DNA of 64,000 nucleotides from the IMG/VR virus record IMGVR_UViG_3300023184_000038, positions 64,001 through 128,000 of that record. One strand, 5' to 3'. Below are positions 10,523 to 19,062 of this stretch, in pieces; position 1 is the first letter of the stretch, and each line of letters starts with the position of its first letter. Both the position numbers and the translations under genes were made by a program. The notes below the pieces were generated by a model. That model made no database searches, had not been told where the DNA came from, and saw only the letters and a program-made list of their open reading frames with translations. Source of the DNA: a virus.

Positions 10523-11679
10523 GAGCAAAAGAATTTATTGTTGAAACTGCTATGATGGGCAAGATTGCAGACTCGGGCAAAATTATTCGCATCTTGAAGA
10601 AAGCACACACCGTGCCATTCAGTGATGAAAAAAACTGGTTGCTGGTAGATACTGATCCTGGCAAAGGCAACAGTGGACTGGGTATCAAATGGATTCCGGC
10701 CGACACAAGATTTGAATGGGTAAGACCTTATAAAGATAGTGTAGATGAAAACTTGTCTCCGCAGACCATACACAAATTGGCAGACCACAAAGGTGTAAAA
10801 TGGGATGACGAACCCAGTTTCCTTCAACTTACCAAACGATTAACAGGCAAAGAACATTTGGATGACTTAGATCAAGCAGGGTTGAACAAAGTTAAAAAAC
10901 ATTTGGATGGGTTGCAAGGGGTGGCGGAAGGCGGTGCCGAAACAAGTTGGTCCAATGACACCGATACAATTACACTACAGGATATTTTAGAATTAACCAA
11001 ACATATTAAACAAATAAATTTACCAATTAACGATAATCTAAAGAGTAAACTACTTCATTGGGAAGGTAACCCAGAAGAAATAGAAAGAGTTAATCAAGTA
11101 ACGGTGTCTAACCAATTTCCTATTTTAATTATGGTGGATGAGCAAGGTCAAATAGCCTGGATACTCGATGGCAACCATAGACTACACAAGGCAATACAAT
11201 CACAAGCAAAAACAATACCTGCTAAACTTATTAGACCCAGCAACCTTGATGATAAAGCAAAGAAAATATTTAATATAAAAGAGCAAGGTGTGGCGGAAGG
11301 CTCCGAGAACAATAATACAACAGCACAAAAAATATTCTTTGCTCGTAGTAATAAAACACCCAAAGGATGGAGTTATGACCATGTTGGATTTATAACTCAA
11401 GATGGAAAACAAATTCAAATGAGTGGGCATAAAGGCAATGATGTATATGTCACTAACGATGTGACTGATGATCCGGAGTTTCCTAAACAAAATATCAAAA
11501 TTGTATCATTATCAAAACCAGTATCGGTGCCTACAACTAACTCAGTAGGAGCAGAAAATTGTGGAACATTTGTGGCAAATGTATTACAAGCCAATGGTAT
11601 AAAAGGTATTGATACACAAAAAATATATAGTGTGTTCAAAAAACCTCAAGAGCAAGGTGTGGCGGAAGGCTTAAAATAA
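10519..11679 (+). CDS. modular protein: ParB/Srx-like module + permuted papain-like module, separated by QGVAEG
   Basis: FPILIM...ILDGNHRL (ParB-like); DHVGF...ENCGTFVA (His before Cys); three QGVAEG linkers. Confidence 0.7.
   Translation: MRAKEFIVETAMMGKIADSGKIIRILKKAHTVPFSDEKNWLLVDTDPGKGNSGLGIKWIPADTRFEWVRPYKDSVDENLSPQTIHKLADHKGVKWDDEPSFLQLTKRLTGKEHLDDLDQAGLNKVKKHLDGLQGVAEGGAETSWSNDTDTITLQDILELTKHIKQINLPINDNLKSKLLHWEGNPEEIERVNQVTVSNQFPILIMVDEQGQIAWILDGNHRLHKAIQSQAKTIPAKLIRPSNLDDKAKKIFNIKEQGVAEGSENNNTTAQKIFFARSNKTPKGWSYDHVGFITQDGKQIQMSGHKGNDVYVTNDVTDDPEFPKQNIKIVSLSKPVSVPTTNSVGAENCGTFVANVLQANGIKGIDTQKIYSVFKKPQEQGVAEGLK
10915..10932 (+). repeat. QGVAEG linker repeat copy 1
   Basis: CAAGGGGTGGCGGAAGGC. 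Confidence 0.85.
11281..11301 (+). repeat. QGVAEG linker repeat copy 2
   Basis: GAGCAAGGTGTGGCGGAAGGC. Confidence 0.9.
11650..11670 (+). repeat. QGVAEG linker repeat copy 3
   Basis: GAGCAAGGTGTGGCGGAAGGC, identical to copy 2. Confidence 0.9.
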
Positions 11680-11680
11680 A

Positions 11681-12574
11681 ATGAGAGCAACTGAATTTAT
11701 TACCGAGGAACACGAGCCAACCCGAATCAAACTTGGTAACAACGATGCCGCTAAGGCTTGGATTGACCGAGTCTACACAAAATATCCACATACCATGCAA
11801 AACAACCATGTCATGGTTTGGGGGTCAGGCGATGACCAACAGTTTGCTATGTTTGAACTGATACCTAGTTTTAGTAAACGCGGTGCAGTTGAAGTCAAAT
11901 GGTTTCAAGCATATCCTTTACGACAAGGCGTTGGATCACGTGCCATGCAAGAATTGCAGGCTATGGCCCGCGAAGATGGCATTGCTCTTACTTTATTCCC
12001 CTGGGACAAAGGACAAGTAAGTCAAAGTAAACTAACCAAGTTCTATCGAGGTCAAGGGTTTAAGCCCACCGTGAAGGGCAGCAAAAGCATGGCATGGACA
12101 CCAGAACTAAATGAAGCCGAACTCAGCATAGATGTACCTAACGAAGAATGGTTACAGGAAAAGATAGACTATGCCAAACGCAAAGGCCGCAATAGTTTTG
12201 GCGTGCCTTATATGGGCAGCACCACTGCTTATGTTCAAGGAACACCGTTAAAAGCTCGTGTGATGAGATTGGCTTCTTTGCCGGGCATGAGGAACGAACA
12301 AACCAATGTGCGTCAAAATGACCTAAAGTGGTTAATGGATTACATGGACCGAACAGGTAAGTTACCACCTATGAAAACCAGTTCCGACGATGAGTACATG
12401 CCCTACATCATGGTAGCCTACAATGGTGAAGCATGGGTCAACGAAGGTAATCACCGTATCATGGCCGCATATAGATTAAACTGGCAGACCATGCCCATAC
12501 AACTTGCTTACTTTGATGGCGGAGAACGTGTGGAAAGTGGTGCCATGTATCCAGGCAAGATTGGACTAGCATGA
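11681..12574 (+). CDS. GNAT acetyltransferase-like + ParB-like modular protein
   Basis: MRATEFITE leader; RQGVGSRAM...KFYRGQGF (GNAT); LNE junction; VNEGNHRI (ParB-like). Confidence 0.7.
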   Translation: MRATEFITEEHEPTRIKLGNNDAAKAWIDRVYTKYPHTMQNNHVMVWGSGDDQQFAMFELIPSFSKRGAVEVKWFQAYPLRQGVGSRAMQELQAMAREDGIALTLFPWDKGQVSQSKLTKFYRGQGFKPTVKGSKSMAWTPELNEAELSIDVPNEEWLQEKIDYAKRKGRNSFGVPYMGSTTAYVQGTPLKARVMRLASLPGMRNEQTNVRQNDLKWLMDYMDRTGKLPPMKTSSDDEYMPYIMVAYNGEAWVNEGNHRIMAAYRLNWQTMPIQLAYFDGGERVESGAMYPGKIGLA

Positions 12575-14070
12575 GAGCAAACGAATTCATAACCGAAATA
12601 TTTCAACCTGGTAAGAAAAACTGGGAATGGATACGCAGAGATAACACATACGCCAGTGCTCGTTTTAGTGTTGGCGATAGAACTTATACTTGGCAGGCGC
12701 ATGGTGCGGAATCCGATAATGATGGCCCTACTCATTGGATTCTTGAATTTAGAATTGAACGAGAATTAGCCGATCCTGACAGGTTAGATGTTTGGGGTAA
12801 GACTGGTACAGGTAACTCAGCAGAAGTAATGTCAACCGCAGTTGATATTACCCGTGAATTCATTAAAGAGTATGGTGATAAAATATCAGAATTAACTTTT
12901 GATGCCAAAGAAGATTCTCGTATTGGATTGTATGCTAAGATGATTGCACGTTTACTACCTGGGTGGGAATTGAATCAAACATACAATAAAAACTTTGGTA
13001 TGGAGTTTCGTTTAACTAACCCTAAATCAAATGAATTTATCACAGAGAGTTCGCAACAAACTACCTTACGACAACTGTACGGTGGTAACTATCCAGATCG
13101 TGATGAAGAATTTTGGGACTATGTGTCATCTAGTGAATTTGATCAACCATTGACAGTTGAAACAATGGCAAAACATAAAGTATTGATTATGTTACTCAGT
13201 CAATATCGTGCAGAACATATTGATGACATAACTGATATGTTAGATGATGATCAACAAGCAATTGTACAATCATATGTTAATGATCCGGCACTAGCAAGCA
13301 AAATAATAGTTGTTGCTAACAATAGAATCATTGATGGTAATCATCGTGCATTAGCTGCTGCAATCAAAGGTGTACCTATTAATTATGTTGATTTATCTGA
13401 ATTAGAAGAAGAACCGATAGATGAAGCAGAAACAGACACACCAAACGCTAGAGAGATATCAAAACAACTAAGAGCGGTAGGTTATTCACATGTAGGGTCT
13501 GGTGCTGATGCTACTGTTTGGGCAAAAGATGATAGTCATGTAATTAAGATATTGATGCCAGAAGATGCAGGTAGTAAAGCAGAACAAGTATTTCGTAAGT
13601 TTTATGAATTTTCAATGAGCCGGCAAGATTTGGCGTGTGTTCCTAGATTCAATGAAGTAACCACGATTGATATTAACGGTAAAGATTATACTCAGATTGA
13701 GATGGAGAAATTATCTTCTATTCCCAAAGGTTCGTTTGTTGAGGGTTTAATTTGGTTCCTGAGTGATTACACTAGTTCTCCTGAATCATGGGAAACAATA
13801 GAGCGTGAACTAGCAGACCCAAACACATGGAAAAATTACATCCCACAATATGCTAATGCATTTGCTAAAGTTTGGCAAAGTCTACTAGAAAATCCTGCAA
13901 GTAAAAAAACATATGCTATGTACAAACAGCTATATACTGTAATGCAAATATTATATAACACAGGCAGAATCAACAAATTTGGATGGGATTTGCATACAGC
14001 AAATGTCATGCTAAGACAGAACGGACAACCGGTAATAATTGATCCGTGGTTTAGTGAAGGTACATCCTAA
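12571..14070 (+). CDS. three-module protein: unknown + ParB-like + kinase-like
   Basis: MRANEFITE leader and an internal NEFITE copy; IIDGNHRA; GSGADATV...VIKI...WDLHTANVM...IIDPW. Confidence 0.7.
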   Translation: MRANEFITEIFQPGKKNWEWIRRDNTYASARFSVGDRTYTWQAHGAESDNDGPTHWILEFRIERELADPDRLDVWGKTGTGNSAEVMSTAVDITREFIKEYGDKISELTFDAKEDSRIGLYAKMIARLLPGWELNQTYNKNFGMEFRLTNPKSNEFITESSQQTTLRQLYGGNYPDRDEEFWDYVSSSEFDQPLTVETMAKHKVLIMLLSQYRAEHIDDITDMLDDDQQAIVQSYVNDPALASKIIVVANNRIIDGNHRALAAAIKGVPINYVDLSELEEEPIDEAETDTPNAREISKQLRAVGYSHVGSGADATVWAKDDSHVIKILMPEDAGSKAEQVFRKFYEFSMSRQDLACVPRFNEVTTIDINGKDYTQIEMEKLSSIPKGSFVEGLIWFLSDYTSSPESWETIERELADPNTWKNYIPQYANAFAKVWQSLLENPASKKTYAMYKQLYTVMQILYNTGRINKFGWDLHTANVMLRQNGQPVIIDPWFSEGTS

Positions 14071-14087
14071 TATATATGACTTATAAG

Positions 14088-14178
14088 AACACCCTTAGGA
14101 CCAGTACTAGTTACTGTAAGTGTGAGGCGGCTGCTGCCTATATAACCCAATTCGCTACTGGGAAGTATAAAGTGAGCA
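14088..14178 (+). ncRNA. candidate structured RNA (unassigned)
   Basis: intergenic stretch with three hairpins (CAGTA/TACTG, AGGCGG/CTGCCT, CCCA/TGGG) and a possible closing CTTA/TGAG helix. Confidence 0.4.
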
Positions 14179-14197
14179 TTAATTTGATAAATACATA

Positions 14198-14770
14198 ATG
14201 CGTTATACTGAGTTTATTATTGAATCTCCTGCAACTGAATTGGCTAAAAAATTGCCATCTTTGGATAAACATGATTATGATACTATTGATAGATTAATGT
14301 CAACTATAGCAAAAAGACATCGTATTACTGGTAAAGCATTGCACGATTTGTTTATTAAAAAATATCATCGGTCACCGGATGATTGGATTAAAAGCAAATT
14401 GGATGAAAATACATCATTGGATATTCAAGACGAAGTGGATAAGTTTTGTAATTGGGCTTGTCAAAAATTAAAAATTAAAACTAAACCGTACATAGAATTA
14501 AGTATGGATACTGAAGAAGCACAAAATAATCATCATACCGGAGGTCATGTCCCCGGTGAAAATAATATATGGGTTTATGCAAAAAATCGTAATTTAGTAG
14601 ATATTTTACGCACGGTGTTTCATGAATTGGTTCACGTACGGCAAGGTGAATTAAATATGATTACCCCAGGATCTAGTTATCCGGGTAGCCCAATTGAAGC
14701 CTTAGCAGATTTAATGGCCGGAAAATATATTAAAATTTACGGCAAACAACATCATAATATTTTTCAATAA
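14198..14770 (+). CDS. zincin-like metallopeptidase domain protein
   Basis: MRYTEFIIE leader; RTVFHELVH (HExxH) and downstream EALA. Confidence 0.7.
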   Translation: MRYTEFIIESPATELAKKLPSLDKHDYDTIDRLMSTIAKRHRITGKALHDLFIKKYHRSPDDWIKSKLDENTSLDIQDEVDKFCNWACQKLKIKTKPYIELSMDTEEAQNNHHTGGHVPGENNIWVYAKNRNLVDILRTVFHELVHVRQGELNMITPGSSYPGSPIEALADLMAGKYIKIYGKQHHNIFQ

Positions 14771-14821
14771 ATTGAAATAATATACTACGCCCGTTTTTAT
14801 CATAAAAGGTAAACAAACTTA

Positions 14822-14850
14822 TTGACTTTAAGATCCTACTACTGTATAAT
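14822..14850 (+). promoter_or_regulatory. sigma70-type promoter
   Basis: TTGACT-17 nt-TATAAT. Confidence 0.8.
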
Positions 14851-14873
14851 CTATCATTAACAAGGAGATTGCA

Positions 14874-15134
14874 ATGAGTGATAGAATTTTTAGTGGCGCA
14901 GAAAAAATTAAACTTACCCAGTTGGTAAATGAGGGCATGAATGTATTGAATGAAATTGAAACACTCAACGGAGGTTTGTCCGATACAGTCAAAGCAGTTG
15001 CTGAAGAAATGGAAATTAAAGCAAGTACTTTGAAAAAAGCAATCAAAATTGCCCATAAAGCAAGTTTAGGGCAAACTAATAAAGACCATGACGAACTTAA
15101 CCACATTCTTGAACTAGTAGGCAAAACACTTTGA
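14874..15134 (+). CDS. small dsDNA-binding protein (T4 DsbA/GapR-like)
   Basis: 86-aa helical protein (LSDTVKAVAEEMEIKASTLKKAIKIAHK) directly upstream of the polymerase. Confidence 0.55.
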   Translation: MSDRIFSGAEKIKLTQLVNEGMNVLNEIETLNGGLSDTVKAVAEEMEIKASTLKKAIKIAHKASLGQTNKDHDELNHILELVGKTL

Positions 15135-17845
15135 GTTATGTAGATGCTGTATTAGATAAAAATACAGATAAAATAATTGTAATTGAAAGAGATGGCAAGG
15201 GTGTACGCCAGTACAATGAATTCCCTGCCAATTATGTACTTTACTTTACTGACCCTAAAGGCAAACATCGTAGTTTATATGGTGATCCGGTAACTAGGTT
15301 CTCAACACGAAGTCGCGGCGAATTTGAAAAAGAACGTAGAATTCTTGCTAATAAAAAAATCTTTGAAAGCGATATTAACCCTATTTTTCGTTGTTTGAGC
15401 GAAAACTATTTAAACGTTGACGCACCAAAATTACATACTTGCTTTTTTGACATCGAAGTTGATTTCAATTCAGAAAAAGGATTTAGTCCAACTAGCGATC
15501 CCTTCAATCCGGTTACTGCTATCTCACTTTACTTAGATTGGTTAGGTCAATTAGTTACATTAGTAATTGCTCCCACACATATGAGTAGTGAGACCGCACA
15601 ACAGATTACTAGTGAAATTGAAAATACAATGTTATTCACTAATGAAATAGAAATGTTTGAAACATTTTTTACATTGATTGAAGATGCTGATGTATTAACT
15701 GGATGGAACTCTGAGGGATACGATATACCATATATGGTTAATCGTGTTACTAGGATAATGAGTAAAAATGATACTAGAAAATTTTGTTTATTGGGACAAC
15801 TTCCCAAACCTAGAGTATATGAAAGATATGGTAAAGAGGAAACTACATATGACTTAGTTGGACGAGTACATTTAGACTATTTACAACTTTACAAAAAATA
15901 TAACTATGAATCTAGACATAGTTATAAACTTGATGCCATTGGTGAAATGGAAGTAGGGGAAAATAAAACTCAATACGAAGGTACACTTGATCAATTATAT
16001 AACAAAGACTTTAAAAAGTTTATTGAATATAATAGGCAAGATACAATGTTATTAGTTAAAATTCATAATAAACTACAGTTTTTAGAACTTGCTAATCAAA
16101 TAGCACATGAAAATACTGTGTTGTTACCAACGGTTATGGGCTCGGTTGCTATGATTGAAATGGCAATTATGAATGAGGCTCATGCCCGCGGAGTAGTTAT
16201 TCCAGATAAAAAACGAAAGGTCGAAAATGCAGAAGAAACACAACCAGCGGCAGGTGCCTATGTTGCTACTCCCAAAACGGGAATTCATGAATGGGTCGGC
16301 GCAGTGGACATCAATTCGCTCTACCCCTCAGCAATCCGCGCTCTTAACATGTCCCCGGAAACCATTGTTGCTCAGGTCAGACAAACTTTAACTGATCAGT
16401 ACATGCTTGATAAAAGTCAACGCTTGGCACGTGAGAAAAAACGACATAAAGAAGGTGATGATGATGTTACTGGCAGTGTGCTTTGGGAAGGGCTATTTGG
16501 TAGTTTGGAATATACCTCAATTTTAAATCAAGATAGAGGTATGATGCTAACATTGGACTATGCTGACGGAACTGAAGTTGAAATGAGTGCGGCCGAAATA
16601 TGGAAATTACTATTTGATAGTAATAATCCATATATGATTAGTGCTAATGGTACTATCTTTACTCACGCAAATGAAGGTGTTATTCCAGGATTATTATCTA
16701 GGTGGTACTCGGATAGAAAAGTAATGCAGAAAAAACTTAAAGAAGCCACAACTACTGAAGATAAAGATTATTGGGATAAACGTCAACTTGTTCGTAAGAT
16801 TTTGTTGAACTCTGCATATGGTGCATTGTTGAATGAACATTGCAGATTCTATGACAAACGTATTGGTCAAAGTGTAACATTATGTGGTAGGCAAATTGTA
16901 AAACACATGAGTGCTCACATTAATGAAATTATCACAGGTAACTACGATTTCACAGGTCAAGGAATAGTGTATGGTGATACTGACTCTTGTTATTTTAGTG
17001 CATGGCCTGCAGTAAAAACAGAAGTTGAAGAAGGTAAAATGGAATGGTCAAAGGAAACTTGTATCGGATTGTATGATGGTATTGCCGAGCAAATTAACAT
17101 AGAGTTTCCTGTTTTTATGGAAAAAGCATTTCATTGTCCAAGAAAAAACGGATCTATTATTCGTGCTGGAAGAGAACTAGTAGCAGACCGTAGTTTGTTT
17201 ATTACTAAAAAAAGGTATGCAGTAAACATTTATGATAAAGAAGGTAAACGTTTAGATAAAGATGGTAAAATGGGATATATTAAAGCCATGGGTCTTGATT
17301 TAAAACGTGCTGATACCCCTAAATATGTACAAGAATTTTTAATGTCGGTATTAACACTGGTTTTATCTGGCAAGCAACGTGATGATGTTATAGAAATTAT
17401 TAAAACCTTTAAGCATGAAATGAGCCTGCAGGAAAGTTGGACTAAAGGTAGTCCGAAATCAGTTAACAAACTTACTGCATATGGCAATAAAGAAGAAAAT
17501 AGTAAAACAGGTAAGGCAAATATGCCAGGACATGTACGTGCTGCACTAAACTGGAATACTTTACGTAGAGTGCATAATGATAACTATTCAATGAAAATAA
17601 TGGATGGTATGAAAGTAGTTGTATGTAAATTAAAACAAAATCCAATGGGATATACTTCTATAGCATATCCTACTGATGAATTAAGATTACCGGTCTGGTT
17701 CAAAGAATTACCATTTAATGATGATGGAATGGAACGCACATTGATTGATGAAAAAATAGAAAATTTATTGGGCGTATTGTCTTGGGATTTACGTAGTAGC
17801 ACTGATACTAAATCAACTTTTGATGATTTATTTTCATTTGGTTAA
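15131..17845 (+). CDS. polB: family B DNA polymerase with 3'-5' exonuclease
   Basis: FFDIEV, GWNSEGYDIPY, YNRQD exonuclease motifs; DINSLYPS, KILLNSAYG, YGDTDS, KKRY polymerase motifs; TTG start. Confidence 0.95.
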   Translation: MSYVDAVLDKNTDKIIVIERDGKGVRQYNEFPANYVLYFTDPKGKHRSLYGDPVTRFSTRSRGEFEKERRILANKKIFESDINPIFRCLSENYLNVDAPKLHTCFFDIEVDFNSEKGFSPTSDPFNPVTAISLYLDWLGQLVTLVIAPTHMSSETAQQITSEIENTMLFTNEIEMFETFFTLIEDADVLTGWNSEGYDIPYMVNRVTRIMSKNDTRKFCLLGQLPKPRVYERYGKEETTYDLVGRVHLDYLQLYKKYNYESRHSYKLDAIGEMEVGENKTQYEGTLDQLYNKDFKKFIEYNRQDTMLLVKIHNKLQFLELANQIAHENTVLLPTVMGSVAMIEMAIMNEAHARGVVIPDKKRKVENAEETQPAAGAYVATPKTGIHEWVGAVDINSLYPSAIRALNMSPETIVAQVRQTLTDQYMLDKSQRLAREKKRHKEGDDDVTGSVLWEGLFGSLEYTSILNQDRGMMLTLDYADGTEVEMSAAEIWKLLFDSNNPYMISANGTIFTHANEGVIPGLLSRWYSDRKVMQKKLKEATTTEDKDYWDKRQLVRKILLNSAYGALLNEHCRFYDKRIGQSVTLCGRQIVKHMSAHINEIITGNYDFTGQGIVYGDTDSCYFSAWPAVKTEVEEGKMEWSKETCIGLYDGIAEQINIEFPVFMEKAFHCPRKNGSIIRAGRELVADRSLFITKKRYAVNIYDKEGKRLDKDGKMGYIKAMGLDLKRADTPKYVQEFLMSVLTLVLSGKQRDDVIEIIKTFKHEMSLQESWTKGSPKSVNKLTAYGNKEENSKTGKANMPGHVRAALNWNTLRRVHNDNYSMKIMDGMKVVVCKLKQNPMGYTSIAYPTDELRLPVWFKELPFNDDGMERTLIDEKIENLLGVLSWDLRSSTDTKSTFDDLFSFG

Positions 17846-17852
17846 ACTGGTG

Positions 17853-17881
17853 TTGACTTGTGCAAAAAAATCCACTATAAT
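17853..17881 (+). promoter_or_regulatory. sigma70-type promoter
   Basis: TTGACT-17 nt-TATAAT. Confidence 0.75.
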
Positions 17882-17931
17882 ACACATAGAAAATACCTAA
17901 ATAGTATTACAATTTTTAATAAAGGAAAAAC

Positions 17932-18657
17932 ATGAAAGATAATTTAAAAGATTTAGTTGCTTATACACATGGCATTGAAGGAATAGATACTGTAAAAATT
18001 ACTGGTACAGATACATCAACTATTATTAATGCAGCCGCCGAAGATAAAACCGTTATAATTATCGGGGAATTTAAAAATCCTATCGCTGATTTTATTGGTA
18101 CGTTTGGTATGCCTAATTTATCTAAATTAAAGACAATACTTGGATTTGATAATTATGATGAAAATGCTAAGATCAATGTTACGCAAAGTACAACTGCTCC
18201 GGGAACTCCTGTAGGAATTCACTTTGAATCTAAAGACGGCGACTTTATTAATGATTATCGGTTTATGAGTAAAGCCTTAGCAGAAGAAAAAGTGCGTGTA
18301 ATGAAATTTAGAGGTACTACTTGGGACGTAAGTTTTGAACCCACTATCGCAGGAATAATGCGTTTAACAAAACAACAACAATCTGCCGACGATGTAAATT
18401 TTACATTGAAAGTTGAAAAGGGAGATTTAAAAATGTACTTTGGTGATTTAGGAACTCACTCAGGTAATTGTCTATTTCATCCCATGGTTACAGGCACGTT
18501 GACTAATGTATGGAAATTTCCTGTTAAACAATTTCTTGCTATTATAAATTTAGCAGGAGATAAAATGATTCGCATTGCAGATGCCGGAGCATTAGAAATA
18601 GTAATTGACAGTGGAATTGCAAAATACACATATCTATTACCAGCAGTTATTAAATAA
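17932..18657 (+). CDS. probable sliding clamp (gp45/PCNA-like)
   Basis: 241 aa, follows polB, C-terminal YTYLLPA typical of clamps. Confidence 0.65.
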   Translation: MKDNLKDLVAYTHGIEGIDTVKITGTDTSTIINAAAEDKTVIIIGEFKNPIADFIGTFGMPNLSKLKTILGFDNYDENAKINVTQSTTAPGTPVGIHFESKDGDFINDYRFMSKALAEEKVRVMKFRGTTWDVSFEPTIAGIMRLTKQQQSADDVNFTLKVEKGDLKMYFGDLGTHSGNCLFHPMVTGTLTNVWKFPVKQFLAIINLAGDKMIRIADAGALEIVIDSGIAKYTYLLPAVIK

Positions 18658-18693
18658 CATGATTTTTGAGCAAGATAATCTAGCAAATAAAAA

Positions 18694-19062
18694 ATGATAA
18701 AGAACATTAATCGTCACGGTAAGTATATGGATGTAATTGGCGTTAATACTAACAATCACATTGTTACCTACGGTGGAGCACAAGGTGTAGGCAATCTAAG
18801 ATTCAATACTAATAATCAAAATATGGAAATATATGACGGTAATAGTTGGGCTGCACTCCATATGGGATATGTTACGGTAGGACTAACTCCTGACGCAGAA
18901 TCATTACTTGATTGGGCTAGAAAAAAGCGTGATGAAGAAATGGAATTAGAAGCACTAGCCGAAACTAATTCTACTATCAAAGACTTGATGGATACTATTA
19001 AGCAAAAGCAAGAACAATTAGAAATAGTTAAAATCTTGATTGAGAAAGAAGTAACAGTTTGA
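18694..19062 (+). CDS. hypothetical phage protein
   Basis: GNLRFNTNNQNMEIYDG motif plus C-terminal coiled coil. Confidence 0.6.
   Translation: MIKNINRHGKYMDVIGVNTNNHIVTYGGAQGVGNLRFNTNNQNMEIYDGNSWAALHMGYVTVGLTPDAESLLDWARKKRDEEMELEALAETNSTIKDLMDTIKQKQEQLEIVKILIEKEVTV

Noticed and set aside
10915-11670. GGTGTGGCGG repeat as an E. coli Chi site or a known DNA-uptake sequence
   Set aside because: It does not match GCTGGTGG or the Neisseria/Haemophilus uptake sequences. It is confined to one reading frame at domain junctions rather than dispersed.
14110-14166. Cobalamin riboswitch (ACTGTAA and GCTACTGGGAAG resemble B12 elements)
   Set aside because: The upstream GGGAA/CCC core and overall length are missing, and the downstream gene is unrelated.
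15131-17845. Intein or intron in the polymerase
   Set aside because: All motifs are contiguous in a normal-length 904-aa ORF.
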